DNA of 48,076 nt from an uncultured bacterium (GTDB lineage Bacteria > SAR324 > NAC60-12): NCBI GenBank assembly GCA_965662845.1, contig CBFIJD010000018.1, forward strand, positions 8,073-56,148, in the 5' to 3' direction. Under the pieces are notes generated by a model. The model saw nothing but the letters and a program-made list of their open reading frames with translations. It made no database searches and was not told the origin of the DNA. Numbering within the stretch: the stretch's first letter is position 1; each line of letters begins with the position of its first letter. The translations under genes and the position numbers were made by a program. Positions 9,144 through 18,015 of the stretch are shown here, in pieces.

Positions 9144-10520
9144 ATGTTCGACGAAACAATCGCGGCCATCGCGACGCCGCTACAGCCTTCAGGAGTGGGC
9201 GTGATTCGCGTGAGTGGTCCTCAAGCGATGAGGGCTGCGGCACAGGTGTTTCGACCAACCAACCAGATGGACGTTGCCTCGCTACCGAGTCGCAAACTGC
9301 ACCACGGATGGATTCAGTTCGACGGAGACCTGATCGATGAGGCCCTGCTGGCAATTATGCGGGCTCCGCGCTCCTTCACAGCAGAAGATGTAGTCGAGCT
9401 GCAATGTCATGGCAGCCCGCAGGTGCTACAGAGTGTTCTGACTCGGCTGTGTCAACAAGAAGGAGTGCGCCTCGCGAGAGCAGGGGAGTTTACACGGCGC
9501 GCCTTCCTGAATGGGCGGCTGGACTTGACGCGGGTGGAAGCGATCTCGGATTTGATCCACGCCGACTCCAAACTGTCCATGCTCTTGGCAGCACAGCAGC
9601 TGCGCGGTAAACTATATGAGACGATTCAAGCGATTCAAGAGACTCTGATTCAGGTCGCTTCCTTGATTGAGGCTTGGATCGAGTTTCCAGACGAAGATGA
9701 AGAGTTTATGCATCAGGCAGACTGCGAACGCCGCCTCGCCGCCATTGTGGAACAGTTGAAGCAAATGCTGCGTACAGCCGAGTCCGGCAAAATTGCTCGC
9801 AACGGCGTTCACGTGGTGCTTTGTGGTCGACCCAACGTAGGCAAGTCTTCTTTGCTGAATGCGCTGCTGCGAGAAAATCGAGCGATTGTCACAGACGTGC
9901 CAGGTACGACGCGTGATGTGATTGAAGAGACTCTGGAGATCAATCAAATTACGTTTCGTTTGAATGATACTGCCGGGATTCGCGACACCACTGATTTAGT
10001 CGAACGCGAAGGTGTCGAGAGGAGTCGGCGGCTGGTGGAGCAAGCAGATTTGGTGCTCTTGCTCTTGGACGGTTCTAAAGAGCTGATGGCAGAAGATCAG
10101 CGATTGCTAGAGGATTTACGGGAGCACTCCGTTCTGATTGTCGCCACGAAACAAGATTTATGGTCGACTCATGAACCTCAGTGGCTCCAGCAATGGAACT
10201 CGCGAGAGTGGATCGGTGTCTCTACCAAACATCTTGAGAGTGTCGAACGTTTAGAGCAGCGCATGTGGCAGCTAGCGGTCCACAATGATCTGCCGGCCTT
10301 GGATCAGCCTTGGCTGACCAATTTGCGACAACAGCAGGCTGCCGAACGAGCCTTGCAGAGCGTGGAGCAAGCACTCGTGACGCTGAAGGCACGGCAAGGC
10401 GAAGAATTTTTGGCCGCAGATCTGCGCCGAGCCCTAGACGCTCTGGGGGAAATTGTAGGACAAACCACGCCAGATGATTTGTTAGGGCGAGTTTTTGCGG
10501 AGTTTTGCATTGGCAAATGA
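9144..10520 (+). CDS. mnmE: tRNA modification GTPase MnmE (TrmE)
   Basis: TIAAIATP, SFTAEDVVELQCHG, GRPNVGKSS, GTTRD, DTAG and C-terminal FCIGK; ATG at 9144 preferred over the ORF-track start. Confidence 0.97.
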   Translation: MFDETIAAIATPLQPSGVGVIRVSGPQAMRAAAQVFRPTNQMDVASLPSRKLHHGWIQFDGDLIDEALLAIMRAPRSFTAEDVVELQCHGSPQVLQSVLTRLCQQEGVRLARAGEFTRRAFLNGRLDLTRVEAISDLIHADSKLSMLLAAQQLRGKLYETIQAIQETLIQVASLIEAWIEFPDEDEEFMHQADCERRLAAIVEQLKQMLRTAESGKIARNGVHVVLCGRPNVGKSSLLNALLRENRAIVTDVPGTTRDVIEETLEINQITFRLNDTAGIRDTTDLVEREGVERSRRLVEQADLVLLLLDGSKELMAEDQRLLEDLREHSVLIVATKQDLWSTHEPQWLQQWNSREWIGVSTKHLESVERLEQRMWQLAVHNDLPALDQPWLTNLRQQQAAERALQSVEQALVTLKARQGEEFLAADLRRALDALGEIVGQTTPDDLLGRVFAEFCIGK

Positions 10521-10923
10521 CCAGCTGCATCGCAGCGATGGAGCGCTACTGCTAAAGAAAAAGCGAGATTTGCTGGAAGAATGGAATCGTTTGACCCAGC
10601 AGCAGCTAGCCTCCCAAAACCTGGACAACGCGTCGAACGTAGTCAGAGAGAAAGAGCAGCTCCTAGGGCAACTGCAGCGACTGGATACTTTGTTAGCAGA
10701 CTGGGAGAGCACGTTCTCCCAAGAAAATCTTGTGGACGAAGGATTGCAAAGCCACATTTTTGCATTGCTACAACAAATTGAAGAGGGGGAATTCTCCTTT
10801 GCTGAGCGACTCGCAAAAGAGCGCAACGAGACCATCCGCGAATTAAAGACCCTGCAGCAGCAATCCAGCTATGGCAATCCAATCAAACGCCCAAGCCCGA
10901 GACACCGCAAAACGGTTCTCTAA
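10510..10923 (+). CDS. Small helical protein, possibly FlgN/FliT-like flagellar export chaperone
   Basis: Amphipathic pattern LLxKKxxLLEE...TQQQ...VxEKEQLLxQLQxLD; overlaps mnmE stop; start uncertain. Confidence 0.5.
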   Translation: MANDQLHRSDGALLLKKKRDLLEEWNRLTQQQLASQNLDNASNVVREKEQLLGQLQRLDTLLADWESTFSQENLVDEGLQSHIFALLQQIEEGEFSFAERLAKERNETIRELKTLQQQSSYGNPIKRPSPRHRKTVL

Positions 10924-12256
10924 ACATTGGAAAGTCGCGTTGTTGACGATCCTTGTTGGCCTAACCGCGCAGCCGAGTCAGGCCATTTCGCCAAGAGATC
11001 TGGCGTCAAGCAGCAGCGGTAAATTGACAGCAAATCCCGCTTCCATCGGCGGCATGAGCAACGGAGTTGTACAGAACAGCTTCTCTCTGTGTCGACCGCT
11101 CACTTCTCTCACAACTCAATCAGGAACGGAGAGCGGCACACGGAGAGATTACGCTGTTGGTGGGAGTCGTTGCTATCCCATTACGGGAGAAGACTTTTCA
11201 AGCAATCAGGGCGCGCTTGGCTATCATTACGTAGATACCGACCCGGTCTTCGCGGCGTTTTCTTCTCTCTACAACGGCAGCACGTACGCTGCGATGGAGA
11301 CGAACTACCAAACTGCCGGGATAGCGGACATCCTCTATGAAAATCGAGACTACTCGGCGGACTCCCTTGAGTTAGGTTATGGCTTCAAAAACTTTGGGAT
11401 TGCGCTGAGTTGGCGCTCTGAAGCAGAGTGGTTCTCTAAGGGAGAGTTCGTAAATTCCAGCGGCATCGGAGGCATTACCTATACATCGGGTGAGTCGGTG
11501 GGGGATAACTTTGGCGAGTGGAGCGAGGAAAGTGTGATGGGAATCGGCGTTGGCACTTATCTAACGACCAGCCTAGGTTCGCTGCAGATTGGGTACCGAG
11601 TCAACACACACACATACGCTCACGACTATTATTTGGATGGAAACCCCGACAATGCCGAGGGAATTCAAGGCTCAGCAGAGGCGACTTCTTATGATGTGGG
11701 TTTCTTGATGCCGAACTTCTTTCAATATTTCAGCATCAGCTACTCATATCGCATGTTCCCTAACGCCGAAAGCGCGCCGCCTAAAATGAAGTTTGAAGGT
11801 AGCGATCATATTGACTCGATCGAGTTTACGCCACGCGAGTATGGTGGCTTGGGGCTCGGTCTGAACTTTCGGATACAGAACGTGAACTTGGGCTTCAACT
11901 TAGAGTCTGCCGGCAGCGCGAGCGACGATGATTACGGAAGTTCAACGCAAGCCTATCGCGTCGATTTCCCCTCTGTAGGCTTGTATTACGGCACCCGCTC
12001 CACGTCGTACTCTCTGGTCCAAATTCAAGAAAACACGGCGGAGATTGGCTACGGTTTCATCCGTGTTGGCTTAAAGGAGTATGTGCTACTCGCTCGTAGC
12101 GGTACGAGCGATGCGTTCTCGGAAGTCGGGAAAATCCAATACCCGACCCTGTCGCTTGATGTCTACTTCGGGCCAAACGGAATTCAATCCCGACCATACT
12201 CGCGAACGTGTAACAACAGCGATCCGACTACCTGTGTTGGATATGTGAAAGACTGA
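10871..12256 (+). CDS. Secreted, probably outer-membrane beta-rich hypothetical protein
   Basis: Signal peptide ending SQA; G/Y/S-rich alternating beta-strand pattern; terminal Cys pairs. Confidence 0.7.
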   Translation: MAIQSNAQARDTAKRFSKHWKVALLTILVGLTAQPSQAISPRDLASSSSGKLTANPASIGGMSNGVVQNSFSLCRPLTSLTTQSGTESGTRRDYAVGGSRCYPITGEDFSSNQGALGYHYVDTDPVFAAFSSLYNGSTYAAMETNYQTAGIADILYENRDYSADSLELGYGFKNFGIALSWRSEAEWFSKGEFVNSSGIGGITYTSGESVGDNFGEWSEESVMGIGVGTYLTTSLGSLQIGYRVNTHTYAHDYYLDGNPDNAEGIQGSAEATSYDVGFLMPNFFQYFSISYSYRMFPNAESAPPKMKFEGSDHIDSIEFTPREYGGLGLGLNFRIQNVNLGFNLESAGSASDDDYGSSTQAYRVDFPSVGLYYGTRSTSYSLVQIQENTAEIGYGFIRVGLKEYVLLARSGTSDAFSEVGKIQYPTLSLDVYFGPNGIQSRPYSRTCNNSDPTTCVGYVKD

Positions 12257-12264
12257 GAAAGACG

Positions 12265-12837
12265 ATGAGACTCACCATATATCAAGTCGAACATATTTTA
12301 GAGCGATGGCATAAGGCGCGTTATGGTAACGCGAAATTTGGCTCGTCTGAACCCATTCGTCTGACCAACTTGGCGAGAGAACATTCAAAGCCCTATCGTG
12401 CGCAGACAGCACCATCTTTAGGGGAAGTTACTCCGTCGAACATTTTGCAGCGCATCGCGGATATCACCATTCATGATCCGGTGGTTGATTATGAAGAGCA
12501 GCGCCGTGCCGGCCTCTTTTTGAGTCCACCATTCGTTCCCCAGCTGCCACCTCCGTCGATTCCCAAACTACGTGAACGCATTCGGATTCTGCAGGAAATT
12601 CGGGAACGAAACGCACAGCGCCGCAAACGTACGATTGAAGACTTGGCTTCACAGTCGACGATTACCCTCACCCAGAAGGCAGATGGCAGCGCTGTGGTCT
12701 CACCTAAACCCACGGCCAGCCCCGCCGCAGATCTGGCGCAGCCTTTCCAAAGAAACGAAGCGCCAGTAGAAGCGGCAGCTGCGCCAACACCTAAGCCAGG
12801 TTCCAGTCAAGACGCTGATCTGAGCTTGTTCGACTAA
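12265..12837 (+). CDS. Hypothetical protein with Pro/Ala-rich C-terminus
   Basis: 190-aa ORF packed tightly between neighbours. Confidence 0.7.
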   Translation: MRLTIYQVEHILERWHKARYGNAKFGSSEPIRLTNLAREHSKPYRAQTAPSLGEVTPSNILQRIADITIHDPVVDYEEQRRAGLFLSPPFVPQLPPPSIPKLRERIRILQEIRERNAQRRKRTIEDLASQSTITLTQKADGSAVVSPKPTASPAADLAQPFQRNEAPVEAAAAPTPKPGSSQDADLSLFD

Positions 12838-12839
12838 AG

Positions 12840-13367
12840 TTGACGATGATCCATAACGAACTTCCCTTTGTGCCGCTGCGAGTGGCCGTTCTGACCGTGA
12901 GTGACAGCCGCACATTGGCGAGCGACACTTCGGGGGAATATCTCTGCGCACAGCTGAATTCAGGCGGACACGAAGTTGTCGAACGAAAGCTGATCCCAGA
13001 TGATATCTACCAAGTGCGAGCCGTGGTCTCGGCTTGGATTGCCGATCCGCACATAGGAATCGTCATCACCACCGGCGGCACAGGCCTCACGGGTCGCGAC
13101 GGTACGCCGGAGGCCGTTCAGCCGCTGCTGGACAAGACCATTGAAGGGTTTGGCGAGCTGTTCCGCTACCTCTCCTACAGTGACATCGGAACCTCTACGG
13201 TGCAGTCTCGGGCGCTGGGAGGTGTGGCTAATCAAACGTATCTGTTTTGTCTCCCCGGTTCGACAGGAGCGTGTCGCCTCGCATGGGAAAAGATTTTGTC
13301 GCTGCAACTCGATAGTCGCCATCGTCCCTGTAACTTCGCAGAGTTGATTCCCCGCTTGAAGGAATGA
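12840..13367 (+). CDS. moaB: Molybdenum cofactor biosynthesis protein B
   Basis: VAVLTVSDSR, TTGGTGLTGRDGTPEA, QSRALGG, LPGSTGAC, HRPCNF. Confidence 0.95.
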   Translation: MTMIHNELPFVPLRVAVLTVSDSRTLASDTSGEYLCAQLNSGGHEVVERKLIPDDIYQVRAVVSAWIADPHIGIVITTGGTGLTGRDGTPEAVQPLLDKTIEGFGELFRYLSYSDIGTSTVQSRALGGVANQTYLFCLPGSTGACRLAWEKILSLQLDSRHRPCNFAELIPRLKE

Positions 13368-13412
13368 TCTTTGTATGCGGTTCGGCACAATCTCTTTTTA
13401 CAAAAGCCGAAT

Positions 13413-14402
13413 ATGAACATGCTGACGCTGTCGGAAGCCGCAGAAAAACTCGAGATTAGCCGAGCCGCACTGGACAACTGGATCAAGCGACTTGGAATTG
13501 AAAAGAAGAAAGAAGGTCGCATTGGTCTGACTCCGAGAGAGGTGGACCAAATCCGACGACAGCGCAAAAGCTCCCGCAGTCGCAGCACCGCTAAGACGAC
13601 CAAACGCAAGCCAAGCCAACCCACTCCAGCCGAAGCCCCCACCATCACTGCGGAACCCGCAGTCGCCGATCCAGCCTCCTCGGAACAAATCAAACAGCTA
13701 GAAGCCGAGCGTGTCGAGCTGCAGAGCAAGATGCAGCAGATGGAGTGGCAACGCGAGCAATTGCAGCAGCAAAACAGCAGCTGGGAAACCCGTTATGCCG
13801 ACGCACAACAGCGCTTGGACTGGCTGCAAGCACAGTTGGATACCAGTAGCCGAGAGAAAACTGAGCTACTCAAACAGTCGGGGCAATTCCAACAGTTGTT
13901 GATGCAGAAAGAACACTCGCTGCAACAGATCCTGGAAGAAAAGCAGCAGCTGCAACAGCGCCTCGCTTTGGCAGAATCGACGCTGCAACAGCGCAGGGCA
14001 GAGCTCCCTCCTCCAGAGTCAGCCGTCGAAGTCTCAAAGAATGCCGAGAAGACGCCTGACGCCACACCGGCAGAGGACTTGGAACCAGAAGATGAAGCCG
14101 ACTCTGTCGCCCCCAATCAGAGGACGTCGTCGGGGTTGGCCGTACCTCCCCCGATCGAGTGGACGCCGGAGCGTCGCCAACAAATGCGTGAGACACTCGC
14201 CAAGTTGAACGATGTCGAAGCCCGCATCATCACGCTGTACTATGGAATTGACGGCGAGCGCCAAACGCTCTCCCAAATTGCGGAACACCTAGGAATGGCC
14301 TTAGAAGAAGTTCGACAATTAGCTGGACGAGGTACCCTAAAAGTCCGTAGTCACCACCTGCAGAATCTGAGTGAAGATTTTGGATTCACCCCCCACCTCT
14401 GA
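13413..14402 (+). CDS. N-terminal HTH + coiled coil + C-terminal sigma70 region-4-like domain protein
   Basis: LTLSEAAEKLEISRAALDNWIKR (MerR/excisionase-like HTH); Q/E-rich heptads; LNDVEARIITLYYGIDGERQTLSQIAEHLGMALEEVRQ (region-4 pattern). Confidence 0.8.
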   Translation: MNMLTLSEAAEKLEISRAALDNWIKRLGIEKKKEGRIGLTPREVDQIRRQRKSSRSRSTAKTTKRKPSQPTPAEAPTITAEPAVADPASSEQIKQLEAERVELQSKMQQMEWQREQLQQQNSSWETRYADAQQRLDWLQAQLDTSSREKTELLKQSGQFQQLLMQKEHSLQQILEEKQQLQQRLALAESTLQQRRAELPPPESAVEVSKNAEKTPDATPAEDLEPEDEADSVAPNQRTSSGLAVPPPIEWTPERRQQMRETLAKLNDVEARIITLYYGIDGERQTLSQIAEHLGMALEEVRQLAGRGTLKVRSHHLQNLSEDFGFTPHL

Positions 14403-16545
14403 TCGACACCCCGCCCCGCCTCTCTCCGAAACTCTCTCCCTCTTAGCCGATCTGTCCGCTTTGTTGGAGTGGCAGCACACACCTCAAACGCAACACTGGC
14501 AGAGCGCCCTACAGCAAATGCAAGAGCGTCTGCGGCGTTCGCGTCTGCGTGTCGCGGTGTTGGGGTCGGTGAAGTCTGGTAAATCTACCTTAGTGAACGC
14601 GCTTTTAGGACGAGACGTTTTGCGGCGGGGTGCTGGTATTCTGACGTCCATGATTACCCGCATACAGTATGGAGCGAGTCCACAAGCGACGCTCAGGTTT
14701 AAGTCGCTAGAAACCGTCGAACAGGAATTCCAGAACGCCTTGACAAGGCTGTTTGCAGAACAAACGGGGTCGGAAAGCCTGCAGCGTCAGCTCCGTGTTG
14801 CAACGGACCGCGCATGGCTGTCTCAAGCGCTAAAGCGTCCGTTCGACGAAAACTTGGATCTTCCGCATTTCGCTGAGCATCGCAGCTTGTTACAGGCGCT
14901 AGTGCGTGGCTTTGAGGAGGCGGAGCCGTATCTATCAGACGAGCCGTCTCTGTTGAATTTGGCTGATACACAGCTAGAAGCCCACCAACAGTGGGTTGAG
15001 CAAGACGCGAGGGCCGTATTTCTGGAAGATGTGCTGCTGCAGCTACCGGAGTGGAGATACAGCTCGACGGAAATTGCAGACTGCCAAGGAAGCGATTCGC
15101 CGAATCCTCAGCATTACGCGATGGTTCAGGAGTACGCCGCGCGCAGCAGTGTGCTGATTTACGTCATCAGTTCTCGAGTGGGAGTCCGGCAAGCGGATGT
15201 CAAGCTGCTCCGTCATCTGCAACAATTGGGTCTCGCAGAGAGCGTTTTGTTCGTCATCAATTTAGATTGGAACGAACATGAGACGGAAGCCGACGCACAG
15301 CGTGTCGTTCGACAAATTGAAGCAGATTTGCGGCAGTGTGGCTGGTCGAAACCGCTCACATTTACATTTTCGGCTTTGCGTGGGTTGCTGGACGGCAAAA
15401 CTGAAATCTCAGAGAGAGAAAAAAAACTCTTATCTTTTTGGTCAGACCATGCGCTTGCTGCCACACATGAGGCCGAGTGGCAACAGTTTCGCGATTGGCT
15501 GCAGGAGACCTTAGAACGTCAACAGCGAACCGTTCTATTGCGAGGCGAGTGGCGTCATTGGCAGCGACTGCAACAACAAATGTTGCAGTTTGTGTGGCGC
15601 TTGTGCCGAGAATTGGCCAGAGAAGACACCTCACAAGAATCTTGGACGGAAGCCGCACGGAGGCGGCGCTTGCTGTTGCGTTATCATGGGCGAGCGCTGC
15701 GTCAGGCCATCCAAGGCGGCGAAGCGGAGTGGAAGCGTCTAATTGACCAGCGTGTGCGTTCGTTGTTCGACAAGCGAGACGGCATTGTGTGGGAGCGATT
15801 GGAGCGTTTTGTGGAGCAGCTAGAGCTATCGTCTCCTGTCGGCGAGGAGGGCTTAGCTGTCCAAGGATTGCTGTGGATGGAAGAGACCCGACAGAAACTG
15901 TTGCAGGTGATTACGGAAGAAATCAACGTTGTCTTGTTACCTGAGCTGGGCAACTTGCGGACGGAGCTGACGGATTCGATTACCCAAACGACCGCGCCGT
16001 TTTTTGAAGCCTTGGATGAGGCAGAGGCGCATTGGCGATGGGGAGCTTCTGCAGAAGACAACGACGCCTCACCGCAGCCCCAGTGGCAATTCCCTGACAT
16101 TGCTCCCATCTCGTTTACCACAACGATGGCCTTCCGCGGGCCGGAACAGATTCGGAACTGGTTGGCTTTTGGTCAAAGCTGGATTCGTTCGTTTTTTCGC
16201 TCACAGCGAAACTTTGAGGAGGAGTACCGCAAGCAAAGCACCATTGAACTGCAAAGCAGACTGAGGCGAGCCTTAGATTTTGACGTGCTGAACTATCAAG
16301 AGAATTTGAAGTATCGCTATTTGTGGGAAGGAACTCGTCAGCTGCTGCGAGAGATCGAGGCGCGCTGGGAAGAGAGCGAGGCAGGCTGCCTAAATGATTT
16401 GGAGGCTGTGCTAGAGAGGGTCGAGAAGTTAAGTGCGCAGCGTCAAAGTTTGTTGCCGCAACTCCAGGAGTGGTGCGAAGTGTTGGAGAGTTTGAGCCCA
16501 CCAGAGGCTGAGCGGAGCGAGAGGGTTGTTGCCTCCGGTGGGTGA
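14371..16545 (+). CDS. Bacterial dynamin-like GTPase
   Basis: RVAVLGSVKSGKSTLVNALLG (G1), LTS (G2), DCQG (G3), VINLD (G4-like), long helical stalk; start uncertain. Confidence 0.85.
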   Translation: MKILDSPPTSDRHPAPPLSETLSLLADLSALLEWQHTPQTQHWQSALQQMQERLRRSRLRVAVLGSVKSGKSTLVNALLGRDVLRRGAGILTSMITRIQYGASPQATLRFKSLETVEQEFQNALTRLFAEQTGSESLQRQLRVATDRAWLSQALKRPFDENLDLPHFAEHRSLLQALVRGFEEAEPYLSDEPSLLNLADTQLEAHQQWVEQDARAVFLEDVLLQLPEWRYSSTEIADCQGSDSPNPQHYAMVQEYAARSSVLIYVISSRVGVRQADVKLLRHLQQLGLAESVLFVINLDWNEHETEADAQRVVRQIEADLRQCGWSKPLTFTFSALRGLLDGKTEISEREKKLLSFWSDHALAATHEAEWQQFRDWLQETLERQQRTVLLRGEWRHWQRLQQQMLQFVWRLCRELAREDTSQESWTEAARRRRLLLRYHGRALRQAIQGGEAEWKRLIDQRVRSLFDKRDGIVWERLERFVEQLELSSPVGEEGLAVQGLLWMEETRQKLLQVITEEINVVLLPELGNLRTELTDSITQTTAPFFEALDEAEAHWRWGASAEDNDASPQPQWQFPDIAPISFTTTMAFRGPEQIRNWLAFGQSWIRSFFRSQRNFEEEYRKQSTIELQSRLRRALDFDVLNYQENLKYRYLWEGTRQLLREIEARWEESEAGCLNDLEAVLERVEKLSAQRQSLLPQLQEWCEVLESLSPPEAERSERVVASGG

Positions 16546-16551
16546 AGTGAG

Positions 16552-17841
16552 TTAGGCCACGTTGAACTGAGAACTCTCGGTGGAGTCCTTCATGGCCGCA
16601 GTGGAAGATTCACCACCTGTGATGGTGTTCTGAACTGCGTCGAAATAGCCTGTTCCAACGAAGCTTTGATGCTTGATTGCTCGGAAGCCGTTGTCGCGCT
16701 GCATCTGGAATTCTTTCTCCTGCAGCTCGCTGTAAGCGCCCATGCCGCGCTTGCTGTAGCCTAGCGCCAACTCGAACATGCTCGTGTTGAGAGCGTGGAA
16801 GCCTGCCAAGGTGACGAACTGGAACTTGTATCCCATCTCACCGAGCTGCTGCTGGAAGGTCTCGATCTCTTGATGCTCCAGTTTTGCGCGCCAGTTGAAC
16901 GAGGGAGAGCAGTTGTAGGCCAGCATTTTGTCTGGATACTTTTCGTGGATGGCTTGCGCGAACTCGCGAGCTTCGCCGATGTCTGGAGTCGAGGTCTCGC
17001 ACCAGATCAGGTCAGCGTAGGGCGCATAGGCCAGTCCACGTGCGATGGCACATTCTAGACCTTCTTTGATGCGGAAGAACCCTTCGGCGGTGCGCTCGCG
17101 GCTGGTGATGAAAGCATGATCTCGCTCGTCAACGTCGCTTGTCAGTAACTGAGCGCTGTGGGCGTCGGTGCGCGCGACTAGAACCGTCGGAACGTCGAGG
17201 ACGTCTGCGGCCAAGCGAGCTGCGATCAACTTGCGCGTGAATTCTTGCGTGGGAACGAGGACTTTCCCGCCGAGGTGGCCACACTTCTTTTCGGAGGCGA
17301 GCTGGTCTTCAAAGTGAACGCCGGCGGCGCCAGCTTCAATCATGGCCTTCATCAGCTCAAATGCGTTCAAGACACCACCAAAGCCAGCTTCGGCATCCGC
17401 GACGATCGGTGCGAAATAGTGTACATCGTCACGTCCTTCCATTGACTGAATCTGGTCAGCGCGGGTCAAAGCGTTGTTGATGCGGCGTACAACGGTTGGC
17501 ACGCTGTCTACTGGGTAAAGACTTTGGTCTGGATACATCTGCATGGAGGAGTTGTTGTCACCGGCAACTTGCCAGCCGCTCAAGTAGATCGCCTTGAGCC
17601 CAGCTTCTACCTGCTGAACAGCTTGATTTCCCGAGAGGGCACCGAGAGCGTTGACGTAAGCCTCAGTGTGCATCAATTCCCACAATCGTTCGGCACCAGC
17701 CCGTGCGAGAGTGTGCTCCACCTTCAGAGAGCCGCGCAGTTTTTGCACTTCTTCTGGGGAGTATGTTCTCTCAATACCTTCCCAACGAGGATCGGTGGCC
17801 CATGCTTTTTCCATTTCACGAATGTGATATTGCTTTGTCAT
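16552..17841 (-). CDS. aceA: Isocitrate lyase
   Basis: Catalytic KKCGH motif, [35 protein letters not shown] before ATG at 17841. Confidence 0.98.
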   Translation of the reverse strand: MTKQYHIREMEKAWATDPRWEGIERTYSPEEVQKLRGSLKVEHTLARAGAERLWELMHTEAYVNALGALSGNQAVQQVEAGLKAIYLSGWQVAGDNNSSMQMYPDQSLYPVDSVPTVVRRINNALTRADQIQSMEGRDDVHYFAPIVADAEAGFGGVLNAFELMKAMIEAGAAGVHFEDQLASEKKCGHLGGKVLVPTQEFTRKLIAARLAADVLDVPTVLVARTDAHSAQLLTSDVDERDHAFITSRERTAEGFFRIKEGLECAIARGLAYAPYADLIWCETSTPDIGEAREFAQAIHEKYPDKMLAYNCSPSFNWRAKLEHQEIETFQQQLGEMGYKFQFVTLAGFHALNTSMFELALGYSKRGMGAYSELQEKEFQMQRDNGFRAIKHQSFVGTGYFDAVQNTITGGESSTAAMKDSTESSQFNVA

Positions 17842-17936
17842 ATGTGTGTCTCCAGACATTAGTCAAAAAATTTGGGGAAAAATAGTAGCAGCGCTGAACG
17901 TGGACGGCACTATAGGGAAGTGAAAAAATCAGGTCA

Positions 17937-17998
17937 AGCGAAATTTCGCTAAAGACGGAATTTTTCCTCTAATTTCGCTCGTAGCCTAATTTTTCGCT
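17937..17998. promoter_or_regulatory. Operator-like palindrome and half-sites between aceA and its divergent regulator
   Basis: Perfect 14-bp AGCGAAATTTCGCT (17937-17950) plus TTTCGCT half-sites ending at 17979 and 17998. Confidence 0.65.
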
Positions 17999-18015
17999 GG
18001 AAATAAGATTGATCT

